Below, in pieces: positions 1 through 14,582 of a stretch of 64,000 nucleotides of DNA. Numbering within the stretch: position 1 is the first letter of the stretch; every line of letters starts with the position of its first letter. This stretch comes from an uncultured Planctomycetota bacterium. GTDB taxonomy: Bacteria; Planctomycetota; PLA2; JAEUHO01. Below the pieces are notes generated by a model. It did no database searches and was not told where the DNA came from. It saw nothing but the letters and a program-made list of their open reading frames with translations. The translations under genes were made by a program, and so were the position numbers. The stretch is from positions 512,001 to 576,000 of the forward strand of contig CAVVXN010000001.1 of assembly GCA_963752285.1 (NCBI GenBank). The letters are read 5' to 3'.

Positions 1-1904
1 AGGAGCCGCGCGCGGTCCTCCGCGCGGGCCTGGACCTGCTCCGCCCGGACCTCGTCGCTCGGGAAGAGGTCGAGCGAATCGCGCAGCGCGAGGTCCACCC
101 CCTCCCACCAGCCCGCGAGCGTCGGCAGGTCGTGCGTCGTCACCGCGACCAGCGCCTGCCGCGGCAGCTCCGCCGGCGCGAGGTACGCGCCGGACTCGTC
201 CTTCAGGAACACGAGGAGGCGGTACGAGAGGGCGCCCAGGTCGCGAAGGCGCGTGCGGATCTCGTCGGGCACGGTGCCGAGGTCCTCGCCGATCACGAGG
301 CACTGGTTTCGGACGCTCTCGAGCGCCAGGATCCCGAGCAGGTCGTCCACCGGGTACCGGACGTACGCGCCCTCGGCCGCGCCTCGTCCCGGCGGGATCC
401 AAAACAGGCGGAGCAGCGCCATCACGTGATCGACGCGGAGTGCGCCCGCGTGCCGCATCGCCGAGCGAAGGCACGCGGAGAACGGCTCGTAGCCCGCGGC
501 CGAGAGCCGCGACGGGACCCACGGCGGGAGGCCCCAGTCCTGGCCCTTCAGGTTGAAGTCGTCCGGGGGCGCGCCGAAGCCGGCGCCCCGCGCGAAGAGC
601 TCGGGCTGCCACCAGCACTCGAACCCGGACCGGTCCACGCCCACGGCGAGGTCCTGGTAGAGACCCACCCGGAGCCCCAGGTCGAGGGCGCGCCGGCCGA
701 CCGCGGCGAGCTGTTCGTCCGCGAGGAGCTGGACGTACTCGACGAACCCGACCTCGTCCGGATGGGCCTCCCTCCATGCCGCAACCTCGGGCGAGTCGGC
801 GCGCCGGTACGCCTCCGGCCAGACGGGCCAGCCCCACAGCGCCGGGTCCACGCGGCGGAAGTGACGCTCGAGCGCCTCGAAGACCGCGAAGCCCGAGAGC
901 GCCTCGCCGCGCGCGCGACGGAACGCCTCGAACGCGCGTCCGCGCGGCGTGTCGCGGTCGAGGTGCCGCTCCCGGAAGTGCGCCCAGAGGATCTCCAGCA
1001 CCTCGCGCTTGAGGGCCGCCACCTCGGGCCAGTCCACGAGCGCGCCCGTGCGCGCGGCGAGCCGGCGGGCGCGGTGGTCGGAGGCGTCGATGCGCGCCTG
1101 CGCCTCGGGGCAGGTCTCGAGCTCGGGCACGGCCTCGACGTCCACGTAGACGGGGTTCAGGAAGAGACGCGTCGAGGGGCTGTACGGGCTCGCCTGTCCG
1201 GGCCGCTCGGGGAAGAGCGCGTGGAGCGGGTTCACGCCGACGATGCCGGCGCCGGCCCGGCCCGCCACTTCGACGAGCCGGGCGAGGGTCGAGAGGTCTC
1301 CGGCGCCCCAGTCGCGACCGCCGCGGAGCGCGTACACCTGCGCGGCCGGGCCCCACGTGCGTCCGCCGCGCGCGAGGCCGTCGGGCACGTAGCAGCGGTC
1401 CGGCACGACGACGAGCCGCGTGCTCGCACGCGGCGCGTCCGGTCCCTCGGCGCCGACCTCGAGCCGGTGGTAGCCGAGGGGGAGCGTCCCGGCGACCACG
1501 AGACGGCGCCGCACGCGCGCGCGGCCGTCCACCTCCCGGGCGCCCTCCGCGGCGAGGTCCGCAGGTACGAAACGGCCCTCGCGGACGTTCCCGTCCTCCT
1601 CGGCGACCCGCCACCGGTGCGCCGCGCCCTCGTCGGACGCGGCCACCACCACGGGGACCTCGATCCGCCCGGCCGAGCGACGGGCCATGACCACGGGAGG
1701 GAGGGCGCGGCGCCACCCGTCCTCTTCCCGCCGGGCGAGCGCCTCTGCCGCCTCGTCGTCGTCGGTGGCCGGGACGCCCATCGCCGAGAGGAGCGCCCGC
1801 GCGGTCCCGGGCTCGAGGGCGTGGGTCCGCCCCCAGATGTCCTGGTACTCGGGCTCGATCCCGAGCGCCCGCGCGAGGCGGAGGAGGGGGCCGGTCTCGT
1901 TCAC
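1..1904 (-). CDS. malQ: 4-alpha-glucanotransferase (amylomaltase, GH77), 3' end outside window
   Basis: Manual translation from GTG 1904 (overlaps treZ stop): WGPAAQVYALR..DWGAGD, SPYSPSTRLFLNP, YQDLAVG, GAPPDDFNLKGQDWG, RVDHVM, VIGEDLG, TTHDLPT. Missing from the ORF track because no stop lies in the window. Confidence 0.93.
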   Translation of the reverse strand, partial: MNETGPLLRLARALGIEPEYQDIWGRTHALEPGTARALLSAMGVPATDDDEAAEALARREEDGWRRALPPVVMARRSAGRIEVPVVVAASDEGAAHRWRVAEEDGNVREGRFVPADLAAEGAREVDGRARVRRRLVVAGTLPLGYHRLEVGAEGPDAPRASTRLVVVPDRCYVPDGLARGGRTWGPAAQVYALRGGRDWGAGDLSTLARLVEVAGRAGAGIVGVNPLHALFPERPGQASPYSPSTRLFLNPVYVDVEAVPELETCPEAQARIDASDHRARRLAARTGALVDWPEVAALKREVLEILWAHFRERHLDRDTPRGRAFEAFRRARGEALSGFAVFEALERHFRRVDPALWGWPVWPEAYRRADSPEVAAWREAHPDEVGFVEYVQLLADEQLAAVGRRALDLGLRVGLYQDLAVGVDRSGFECWWQPELFARGAGFGAPPDDFNLKGQDWGLPPWVPSRLSAAGYEPFSACLRSAMRHAGALRVDHVMALLRLFWIPPGRGAAEGAYVRYPVDDLLGILALESVRNQCLVIGEDLGTVPDEIRTRLRDLGALSYRLLVFLKDESGAYLAPAELPRQALVAVTTHDLPTLAGWWEGVDLALRDSLDLFPSDEVRAEQVQARAEDRARL

Positions 1905-3787
1905 GTCGCGTCGCGCCGGCTCGTCGCCGACGCGCGTACCGGACCGGGGTCGAGGTACCACGCGGTGGTCGAGCCGGGCAGGTGGACGCCGTCCGACGCG
2001 GGATCGCTCGCGTAGAGCGCAGGTCCGGCGGGCCGGTCCGGGAACGCGACCGCGTCCTGCCCGAGGTTCGTGCGAAGCGTCAATGCGCCGCCGTCCGAGA
2101 AGGGCCAGACGACCTCGAGCCCGCCGGAGCCGGCGCGCCGTGTCCGGGCCGTTCCCGGCTCGATCGCCAAAAGACGCGGGACGACTTCGCCGCGGCGCAG
2201 CGCCAGGAGGTGCCGGTAGCGCTCGCGCCAGCGCGCCGGCCCGTCGGTTCGGGGCTGGACCGACGCGAGGACCGCCGATCCGAACGTCGCCTCCGCGTTC
2301 GGGTCGGGGATCCGCGCGCGCGCCGCGGGCGCGTCGAGCCCCGGCCAGCGGGCGAGCTCCTGCCGCCTGCCCTCGGCCACCGCCCGCGCGAGGTCGCCCT
2401 CGAAGTCGCAGAAGAAGGGAAAGGGCCGCTCGGACCCGATCTCCTCGCCCATGAAGAGGAGCGGCACGAGCGGCGAGAGGAGCAGGAGCGCCACGGCGGC
2501 GTGGACCGCGCGCTCGCTCGCCAGCACGGACAGACGCTCGCCGAGCGGGCGGTTCCCGACCTGGTCGTGGTTCTGCAGGAACGCGACGAACGCGGTGGGC
2601 GGGAGGCCGTGGGTCGGCTCGCCGCGCGGACGTCCGCCGCGGAAGGGCGAGGGCTCGCCCTGCCACGCGAAGCCCTCGGCGAGTGCGCGGGCGAGGTGGT
2701 CGAGGGGCGCGTCGGCGAAGTCGCCGTAGGGGCCCGTCGCCTCGCCCGTCAGCGCGACGTGGAGGGCGTGGTGCACGTCGTCGTCCCACTGCGCGACGTA
2801 GAGACGGGGCGCGCCCCGGTCGTCCCGGCGGAGCCAGCGGGTCTCGTTGTGGTCGTTCTCGATGACGAGGTGGACCGCGCGCTCGCGTCCTGGGCCGGCG
2901 TGCGCGGCCTGGGCGAGCTCCTCCAGGAACGACGGGGCGGTCTCGTCGTGGATCGCGTGGACCGAGTCGATCCGAAGCCCGTCGAGGGCGTACTCCTCGA
3001 GCCAGTAGAGCGCGTTGTGGACGAAGAAGTCGCGGACGGTTCGGCGGCGCGGGCCCTCGAAGTCGATGGCCGCGCCCCAGGGGGTGGGGTGGCGGTCCGT
3101 GAAGAAGGGCCTCGCGTACCTCCACAGGTAGTTCCCGTCGGGGCCGAAGTGGTTGTAGACGACGTCGAGGAACACCATCAGGCCACGCGCGTGCGCGGCC
3201 TCCACGAGCGCCTTCAGGTCGTCGGGGACCCCGTACGTGCGGTCGGGCGCGTAGGGGAGCACGCCGTCGTAGCCCCAGCTCCGCCGTCCCGGGAAGTCCG
3301 CGACGGGCATGAGCTCGACCGCCGTCACGCCGAGGTCGGCGAGCGCGTCGAGCCGCGCGATCGCGGCGCGAAACGTCCCCTCGGGCGTGAACGCGCCGAC
3401 GTGCACCTCGTAGAGGACCGTCTCCTCCCACGGGCGTCCGCGCCAGTCCGCGTCGCCCCACGCGTACGCGCGCGGATCGACGACGAGGCTCGGTCCGTGG
3501 ACGTCGTCCTGCTGCGCCCGCGAGGCCGGGTCGGGCACGAGGAGGCCGTCGTCCACCTCGTACCGGTACGGCGTGCCGGCCGGCGCTGCCTCCGTACCCT
3601 CCCACCAGCCGTCGTCCGCGCGGTCGAGGTCCACGCGGCGCTCCGCCGCGCCCAGTCGGAGACGGATCCGCCGCGCGTCGGGCGCCCAGAGGCGGAAGCG
3701 GACCGTGCCGTCGGAACGCACCTCGGCTCCGAAGGGCATCGCGTGCGCCCGCGAACGACCCCGCTCGGGCGCGGGCGGTCCGGTCAC
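1901..3787 (-). CDS. treZ: malto-oligosyltrehalose trehalohydrolase (GH13)
   Basis: C-terminal part of ORF 1901..5467: [61 protein letters not shown] start overlaps the glgB stop; alternative ATG at 3739. Confidence 0.93.
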   Translation of the reverse strand: MTGPPAPERGRSRAHAMPFGAEVRSDGTVRFRLWAPDARRIRLRLGAAERRVDLDRADDGWWEGTEAAPAGTPYRYEVDDGLLVPDPASRAQQDDVHGPSLVVDPRAYAWGDADWRGRPWEETVLYEVHVGAFTPEGTFRAAIARLDALADLGVTAVELMPVADFPGRRSWGYDGVLPYAPDRTYGVPDDLKALVEAAHARGLMVFLDVVYNHFGPDGNYLWRYARPFFTDRHPTPWGAAIDFEGPRRRTVRDFFVHNALYWLEEYALDGLRIDSVHAIHDETAPSFLEELAQAAHAGPGRERAVHLVIENDHNETRWLRRDDRGAPRLYVAQWDDDVHHALHVALTGEATGPYGDFADAPLDHLARALAEGFAWQGEPSPFRGGRPRGEPTHGLPPTAFVAFLQNHDQVGNRPLGERLSVLASERAVHAAVALLLLSPLVPLLFMGEEIGSERPFPFFCDFEGDLARAVAEGRRQELARWPGLDAPAARARIPDPNAEATFGSAVLASVQPRTDGPARWRERYRHLLALRRGEVVPRLLAIEPGTARTRRAGSGGLEVVWPFSDGGALTLRTNLGQDAVAFPDRPAGPALYASDPASDGVHLPGSTTAWYLDPGPVRASATSRRDAT

Positions 3788-5729
3788 GAACGCCCCTCCT
3801 TGAACACCACGAGACCGAGCGGGGGGAGCGTGACGACGAGGGAGTCGAAGAACCCCCCGTGCGCGACGGGCACGCTCTCGACGCCGCCGAGGTTGCCCTG
3901 CCCGCTGCCGCCGTAGATCTCGGCGTCGCTGTTCAGGACCTCGTCCCAGCGGCCGGGCACGGGCACGCCGACCCGGTAGCTGTGCCTCGGGATCGGCGTG
4001 AAGTTCCCGACGACGACGATCGTCTCGCCCTCGCCGTCCGCGCGCCGGAGCCACGAGAGGACGCTCTGCTCGCTGTCGTGGCAGTCGATCCACCGGAAGC
4101 CGTCGGGCTGGTGGTCCTTCCGGTAGAGCGCCGGCTCGCCCCGGAGCAGGGTGTTCAGGTCGCGAACGAAGCGCTGGAGGCCGGACGAGCGCGGGCCCTC
4201 TTCGAGGAGGTGCCAGTCGATGCTCGCGTCGTGGTCCCACTCGCGCGCCTGGCCGATCTCGCCCCCCATGAAGAGGAGCTTCTTTCCCGGGTGCGTCCAC
4301 ATGTAGCCGAGCATCAGGCGGAGGTTCGCGAACCGCTGCCACTCGTCGCCCGGCATCTTCCGGAGCAGCGAGCCCTTCCCGTGGACCACCTCGTCGTGCG
4401 ACAGCGGCAGCACGAAGTTCTCGTGGAAGGCGTACATCATGCTGAACGTCAGGTCGTTGTGGTGGTACTTGCGGTGGATCGGGTCGTGGCCGAAGTAGCC
4501 CAGCGTGTCGTGCATCCACCCCATGTTCCACTTGAAGCCGAAGCCGAGGCCGCCGAGGTACACGGGGCGCGAGACCATCGGCCAGCTCGTAGACTCCTCG
4601 GCGATGGTGACGGCGCCGGGATGCCGTTCGTAGACGAGGGTGTTGAACCGCTTCAGGAACTCGATCGCCTCGAGGTTCTCGCGGCCGCCGAACCGGTTCG
4701 GCACCCACTCGCCCTCCCGGCGCGAGTAGTCGAGATACAGCATCGAGGCCACGGCGTCCACGCGGAGGCCGTCCACGTGGTAGACCTCGAGCCAGAAGAG
4801 GGCGTTCGCGAGGAGGAAGTTCGTCACCTCGTTGCGGCCGTAGTTGAAGATCAGCGTGCCCCAGTCCTGGTGCTCGCCCTGACGGGGATCGGCGTGCTCG
4901 TAGAGGTGCGTGCCGTCGAAGTAGCCGAGCCCGTGCTCGTCCTTGGGGAAGTGCGCGGGGACCCAGTCGAGGATGACCCCGACGCCCGCCTGGTGGAGCG
5001 TGTCTACGAGCTCCATGAAGTCGGTGGGGGAGCCGTGCCGCGCGGTGGGCGCGTAGTACCCGATGGTCTGGTAGCCCCACGAGCCCGCGAAGGGGTGCTC
5101 CGTGATCGGAAGGAGCTCGACGTGGGTGAAGCCCATCGACGTGCAGTACTCCACGAGCGCGTGGGCCAGCTCGCGGTAGGAGAGTGGCCGGTCGCCTTCG
5201 GCCAAAACGCGCCGCCACGAGCCCAGGTGGACCTCGTAGACGGTCATCGGCCCGGCGAGGGGGTCCTCGGCCGCGCGCCGTTCCATCCAGGCGGCGTCGC
5301 GCCACGCGTGGCGCGAGAGATCGCAGACCCGGGACGCGGTCCGCGGGGGCGGCTCGAACGAGAACGCGTACGGGTCGGCCTTCTCGACGTGATATCCGTT
5401 CACGCGGGAGCGGATGGCGTACTTGTAGAGCGCCCCCTCGCCGACGCCTTCGACGAACGCCGTCCACACCCCGCTCTCTCCGGCCGGGCGCATCGGGACT
5501 TGGCCTTCGACCCAGTCGTTGAAGTCGCCGACCACCGAGACGCGCTCGGCGTTGGGCGCCCAGACGGCGAAGTGTGTCCCGCGCCGTCCGGAGATCTCGA
5601 TCTCGTGCGCGCCGAGCTTCTCCCAGGTGCGGTAGTGGGTGCCCTCGCCGAGAAGGTAGAGGTCGTCGTCGGTCAGAAGGCCGCCGTAGCGACGGGCCTT
5701 CGTCCGGGCGCCTTCGGGCCGCGTCGCGC

Positions 5730-5733
<4 letters not shown>
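3784..5733 (-). CDS. glgB: 1,4-alpha-glucan branching enzyme
   Basis: [70 protein letters not shown] 5733 overlaps the treS stop. Confidence 0.96.
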
Positions 5734-9013
<3,280 letters not shown>

Positions 9014-9017
<4 letters not shown>

Positions 9018-11077
9018 GTGAAGTAGTCGAAGTCCCGCTCGGTGCGCGTCTTGCGTCGGAGTCGGAAGACGTGCGCCGGCATCTCGTGCGGATCGAGGCG
9101 CACGTAGTTCCGGGCGCCCGTCCACAGGTAGCGCCCGCCGCCGACGAGGTCGTGCATCTGGTACGTCTCGCGTTCGCCGAGACCGAGGTCCGCGACCGGG
9201 ACGTCGATCCAGCCGTCGTGCACGTGGTGCGGGTCCAGGTTCGCGACCACGAGGACCACGTTCGAGCGGTCGGACGTGAACCGCGAGTAGAAGATCAACT
9301 GCTCGTTGTCCACCTCGTGGAAGGCCACGCCGCGGCCGGACCAAAGCGCGGGGTTCTCCCGCCGGACCTGGTTCACACGCCGGATCAGGTCGCGGAGGTT
9401 TCCCGGTGTTCCCCAGTCCCGGCGTCGGATCTGGTACTTCTCCGAGTCGCGGTACTCCTCGGTGCCCGGGACCGCGTCGTTCTCGCAGACCTCGAACCCG
9501 CTGTACACGCCGTAGCTCGGCGAGAGGGTCGCGGCGAGCACCAGACGGACCTGGAACGCCGCGCGCCCGCCGATCTGCAGGTACTCGGGCAGGATGTCGG
9601 GCGTGTTCGCGAAGAAGTTCGGCCGGAAGAACTCCGCCGTCTCGCCGCAGGCGAGGCTCGTCACGTACTCGGCGAGCTCGCGCTTCCCGTTCCGCCACGT
9701 GAAATACGTGTAGGACTGGTCGAAGCCGACCTTCGCCAGGGCGTGCATCATCTTGGGGCGGGTGAACGCCTCCGCCAGGAACACGACCTCGCGATGGACG
9801 CGCTTCACCTCCCCGATCATCCAGCCCCAGAACGGGATCGGCTTCGTGTGCGGGTTGTCCACGCGAAAGACGCGGACGCCGCGCGCCGCCCAGAAGAGCG
9901 CCACGTCCCGGAGCGCTTCCCAAAGGCCGTGCCAATCCTCGCACGCGAAGTCGAGCGGGTAGATGTCCTGGTACTGCTTGGGCGGGTTCTCGGCGTGCTT
10001 GACGGTCCCGTCCGGGCGGTGCCGGAACCAGCCGGGGTGCTCCTGCACCCAGGGGTGGTCGGGCGAGCACTGGAACGCGAGGTCGAGCGCGAGCTCGAGC
10101 CCGGCCGCGCGTACCGCGTCGTGGAAGCGGTCGAAGTCGTCGAGCGTGCCGAGGTCCGGGTGGACGGCCGTGTGACCGCCCTCCGCGGCCCCGATGGCCC
10201 ACGGGCTCCCCGGGTCCCCGGGGCCGGCGGCGAGCGCGTTGTTCGGGCCCTTGCGGTGGCTCCTTCCGATCGGATGGATCGGAGGGAGGTACAGCACGTC
10301 GAAGCCCATGCCCGCCACGTCCGGGATGTGCGCCGCGGCGTCCGCGAAGGACGCGCCTCGCGTCGGATCTCCGCCCGCCGAGCGCGGGAACATCTCGTAC
10401 CAGGCTCCGTACGCCGCGCGCTCGCGGTTCACGTCCACGACGAGCTCCGGCGCCCACGTCGTCGAGCGGGCGCGGTCGGGCCAGCGGTCCATCACCTCGG
10501 CGAGCGCCGCCGCGGACGCGCGGCCGACGCGCTCCTTCGGCGGCGTTTGCGCCTCGAGCTCCGACGCGAAGCCGCACAGCGCGTCCCGGTCGGCGCCCGT
10601 CGCGCGGTCCGCGGCCTCGCGGACGATCGCCGCGCCCTCGAGGAGGTCGCTCTCGACGTCCTGCCCCGCGTCCCACTTCTTCGCGAGCGCCTCGCGCCAG
10701 CCGGCGAACCGGTCGATCCAGGCCTCCACCGTGTACCGGTGGGGCTCGAGCCGCTCGACGACGAAGCGGCCGCGCCACCGGTCGTTCCCCTGGTTCGTCA
10801 TCGGCGCCTCGCGCCACGCGTCGTCCGACGCGGCGCGGTGCCGGACGACCGCCCGGAGCGTCTCGTGCCCGTCCGAGAGGACGTCCGCCGAGACGACGAC
10901 GTCCTCGCCGACCACGCGCTTCACCGGGTACCGTCCGTCCTCGACCCTCGGCTCCACTCCGGCGACCCAGACGCGTCGTACGGCGTCGCCCGGCGGCGGG
11001 CCGCCGCCCGGCCCGCGGCTCGAATCGCGCTCCATCGCGCGCTTCGGGGCGCGTTCGGGGACCGGGGCCGCGCTCAC
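9014..11077 (-). CDS. glgE: alpha-1,4-glucan:maltose-1-phosphate maltosyltransferase
   Basis: [65 protein letters not shown] start overlaps the upstream stop; alternative ATG 11035. Confidence 0.95.
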
Positions 11078-12298
11078 GACGACGCCCTCCGCCGCCGGGC
11101 GGCTTCCCCGTAGACCTCGATCACCTGCGCCGCCACGACGTCCCAGCCGAAACGCGCCCGGACGTGCCGCCGGCCCGCGCGGCCCATGGCGTCGCGTCGC
11201 GACGGGTCCGCCAGGAGCGCCGAGAGGGCCCGGGCCAGGGCGTCGTGGAACGCGGCGGGGTCGGCCGGCTCGCCGGACCCGTCCCCGGCGGGCTCGAAGC
11301 CGACGAGGATTCCCGTCTCGCCGTCCACCACGACGTCCGGGATGCCGCCCACCCGGCTCGCCACGACCGGCGTCTCGCACGCCATCGCCTCGAGGTTGAT
11401 CAGGCCGAACGGCTCGTAGACCGAGGGACAGCAGAAGACCGCGGCGTGGGCGTAGAGGGCGACCGCGTCCTCGCGCGACACGTGGCGGTCGATCCGGACC
11501 ACGCCGCGGCGCCGGCGCCCGAGCCGTCTTCATCCCCTCCTCCACCTCCCGCTCGACGGCCGGGGCGTCCGCGGCGGACGCGCAGACCACGACGCCCACC
11601 TCCGGCGGGAGGCGGTCGGCCGCGGCGAGGAAGTGGGTGATGCCCTTCTGGCGGCTGACACGGCCCAGGAACAGCACGTACGGGACGTCGGGGTCCACGC
11701 CGAGCGCGCGGACGCGCGCCGGCGCCGACACGGGACGGTAGGCCTCGGTGTCCACGCCGTTCGGGACGACGTGCGTGCGCTCGGAGCGCACGTCGTAGTG
11801 ACGGAGCATCTCGTCCCGGTCTCGCCGCGAGACGCAGATCACCGCGTCGGCGCGTTCCAGCGTGGTCCGCTCGACCCATCGGGACAGGTCGTAGCCGCGC
11901 CCGAGCCGCTCGCGCTTCCACGGCCGGAGCGGCTCGAGCGAGTGCACGGTCACCACCAGGGGCGTGCCCCAGCAGATCTGCGCGAGCGTCCCGCCGAAGT
12001 GGGCGTACCAGGTGTGGCAGTGCACGACGTCGGCCTCGATCGGCTCCGCGGCGAAGAGCAGGTCCGTGTAGAGCGCGCACAGCGCGTCGGCGGGACCGCC
12101 CGGGGCGGCGCCCGCGAAGGGACCGCGGTCGGGGTAGCCCCGCACGCGGAGCCGGGGCGCGGTCGCGTCCTGCTCGCCGAAGCAGCGCACCTCGACGTCG
12201 ATCGAGCGCGCGAGCTCGCGCGCGAGGAACTCGACGTGCACGCCGGCCCCGCCGTACACGTGGGGGGGGTACTCGCGGGTCATCAGGACGGCTTTCAC
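11074..12298 (-). pseudogene. glgA: glycogen synthase / maltose-1-phosphate synthase (GlgM-type GT4) with a +1 frameshift near 11528
   Basis: N-half (TREYPPHVYGGAGVHV, HCHTWYA, HSLEPLRPWK, GRVSRQKG) and C-half (CPSVYEPFGLINLEAMACETPVV) are in different frames; span 1225 = 3n+1. Could be a sequencing error. Confidence 0.85.
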
Positions 12299-14439
12299 GC
12301 GTGCTCCGGCTGGCCCCGCGCGGGCCGGAATACGGCGACGCTCTGCGGGGCGAGGCGGTAGTGCTCGGCGCGGCGCCACAGGCGGCGGCGTTCGTCCGCG
12401 GCGCGCTCGATCGCGGTGTCGAGGAGGCGTTCCCAGCGGAGCACACGGTCGTACGCGGGCAGCCGGAAGACGCGTTCCCGCGGCGCGGCGGAGAGGAGAA
12501 GCAGCAGCGGGTCGCCCGACACGGGACGGCCGCGCGCATCGACCTCGTCGATCGCGGCCTCGGAGAAGACGACCGCGACGCTCCGGCACGACGGGTCGTG
12601 CCAGTCGGCCTGCGTCATCTCGCGTCCCGACGCGTGGTACCAGATCAGGTCGCGGGCCGCGCCCTGCTCGCGCGCCGCCTCGAAGAAGCGTCGCCGGTGC
12701 AGCACGGGCTGCTCGCGGCGCAGGGCGATCACGCGGCGGACGAAGTGGAGGAACCGCAGCCGCTCCTCGTCGAGACTCCAGTCGTGCCAGCTCGTCGGGT
12801 TGTCCTGGCAGTACGCGTTGTTGTTCCCGCCCTGCGACCGCCCGATCTCGTCGCCACCGGAGATCATCGGGACGCCGAGCGACATGAGGAGCGTGGTCAC
12901 GAGGTTGCGCATCTGCCGCCAGCGGAGCGCCGAGAGCGCGGGGTCGTCGGTCGGCCCCTCGGCGCCCCCGTTCGAGGAGAGGTTGTGGGACTCCCCGTCG
13001 CGGTTGTCCTCTCCGTTGGCCTCGTTGTGCTTGCGCTCGTACGAGACGAGGTCGCGGAGGGTGAACCCGTCGTGCGCAGTGACGAAGTTGATGCTCGCGA
13101 CCGGCCGCCGGCCGCTGTACTCGTACAGGTCGCTGCTCCCCGAGAGTCGCGTCGCGAGCTCGCCGAGCCGGCCCTCGTCGCCACGCCAGAAGCTGCGGAC
13201 CGCGTCGCGGTACTTGCCGTTCCACTCGGTCCAGTGCACGGGGAACCGTCCGACCTGGTACCCTCCCTCGCCGAGGTCCCAGGGTTCCGCGATGAGCTTC
13301 ACCTGCGAGATGACCGGGTCCTGGTGGATGATGTCGAAGAACGCGCCGAGGCGATCCACGTCGTACAGCTCGCGGGCCAACGCGCTCGCGAGGTCGAAGC
13401 GGAACCCGTCCACGTGCATCTCGGCGATCCAGTACCGGAGGCTGTCCATGATGAGCTGGAGGACCTGCGGCGACTGCATGTTGAGCGTGTTCCCGCAGCC
13501 CGTGAAGTCGAGGTAGCGGCGCCGGTCGCCGTCCACGAGGCGGTAGTACGCGACGTTGTCGATGCCGCGGAGCGACAGGGTCGGACCGAGGTGGTTGCCC
13601 TCGGCCGTGTGGTTGTAGACGACGTCGAGGATGACCTCGAGGCCGGCCGCGTGGAGTCGGCGCACCATGGTCTTGAACTCGCGCACCGCGTCGAGCGCCG
13701 CGCCGGCGGAGGCGTACCGCACGTCCGGCGCGAAGAACGCGAGCGGGTCGTAGCCCCAGTAGTTGGTGAGCCCGCGCTGGAGCAGGCGCCGGTCGTCCAC
13801 GTGGTGCTGGACCGGCATCAGCTCCACGGCCGTGACCCCGAGCTCGAGCAGGTGCCGAACGATCGGGTCGCTGGCGAGGCCCGCGTAGGTGCCCCGGAGC
13901 TCCGGAGGCACCTCGGGGTGGCGCATGGTGAGCCCGCGGACGTGCGTCTCGTAGATGACCGTCTCGTGCCAGGGCGTGTTCGGGCGCGCCTCCGCGCCCC
14001 ACGTGAACGCCGGGTCCACGACGGCGCAGAGCGGAGCGAACGGGGCGCTGTCGCGCTCGTCCTTCGCCAGGTCCTGCTCCGCCGAGCCGAGCGGGTACGC
14101 GTACATCGCGTCGTCCCAGCGCGTCTTCCGGTGGACGGCCTTCGCGTAGGGATCGGTGAGCAGCTTGCTCGCGTTGAACCGCGCGCCCACCCGGGGGTCG
14201 TAGGGACCGTGGACCCGGTAGCCGTAGAGCTGGCCGGGACGTGCGTCCGGCAGGTACCCGTGCCAGACGTGGTCGGTCCACTCGGGGAGCGCGATGCGGT
14301 GGCGCTCGCCGCGGTCTCCGATCTCGTCGAAGAGGCAGAGCTCGACGCGGTCCGCGTGCTCCGAGAAGAGCGAGAAATTGACGCCCATCCCGTCCCAGGT
14401 CGCACCGAGCGGATACGGCTTTCCGGGCCAGACGTGCAT
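12295..14439 (-). CDS. glgX: glycogen debranching enzyme / isoamylase
   Basis: WPGKPYPLGATWDG, NYWGYD, DVVYNHTAEG, DGFRFDLA, LIAEPWD, NFVTAHDGFTL, GNNNAYCQDN. Confidence 0.96.
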   Translation of the reverse strand: MHVWPGKPYPLGATWDGMGVNFSLFSEHADRVELCLFDEIGDRGERHRIALPEWTDHVWHGYLPDARPGQLYGYRVHGPYDPRVGARFNASKLLTDPYAKAVHRKTRWDDAMYAYPLGSAEQDLAKDERDSAPFAPLCAVVDPAFTWGAEARPNTPWHETVIYETHVRGLTMRHPEVPPELRGTYAGLASDPIVRHLLELGVTAVELMPVQHHVDDRRLLQRGLTNYWGYDPLAFFAPDVRYASAGAALDAVREFKTMVRRLHAAGLEVILDVVYNHTAEGNHLGPTLSLRGIDNVAYYRLVDGDRRRYLDFTGCGNTLNMQSPQVLQLIMDSLRYWIAEMHVDGFRFDLASALARELYDVDRLGAFFDIIHQDPVISQVKLIAEPWDLGEGGYQVGRFPVHWTEWNGKYRDAVRSFWRGDEGRLGELATRLSGSSDLYEYSGRRPVASINFVTAHDGFTLRDLVSYERKHNEANGEDNRDGESHNLSSNGGAEGPTDDPALSALRWRQMRNLVTTLLMSLGVPMISGGDEIGRSQGGNNNAYCQDNPTSWHDWSLDEERLRFLHFVRRVIALRREQPVLHRRRFFEAAREQGAARDLIWYHASGREMTQADWHDPSCRSVAVVFSEAAIDEVDARGRPVSGDPLLLLLSAAPRERVFRLPAYDRVLRWERLLDTAIERAADERRRLWRRAEHYRLAPQSVAVFRPARGQPEHA

Positions 14440-14582
14440 CGAGCAGCCGATCATACCGAGGCGGAAGAGCCCGACCAACCGGTCGGGTCGTGTTGGCGCG
14501 TGGTCCGACGCGCAGAGACGCGCGCTCGCGCGCGCGAGCGATCTACGTGCCGCCGGGACCGTCGTCCGGGCGGAACCTTCGA

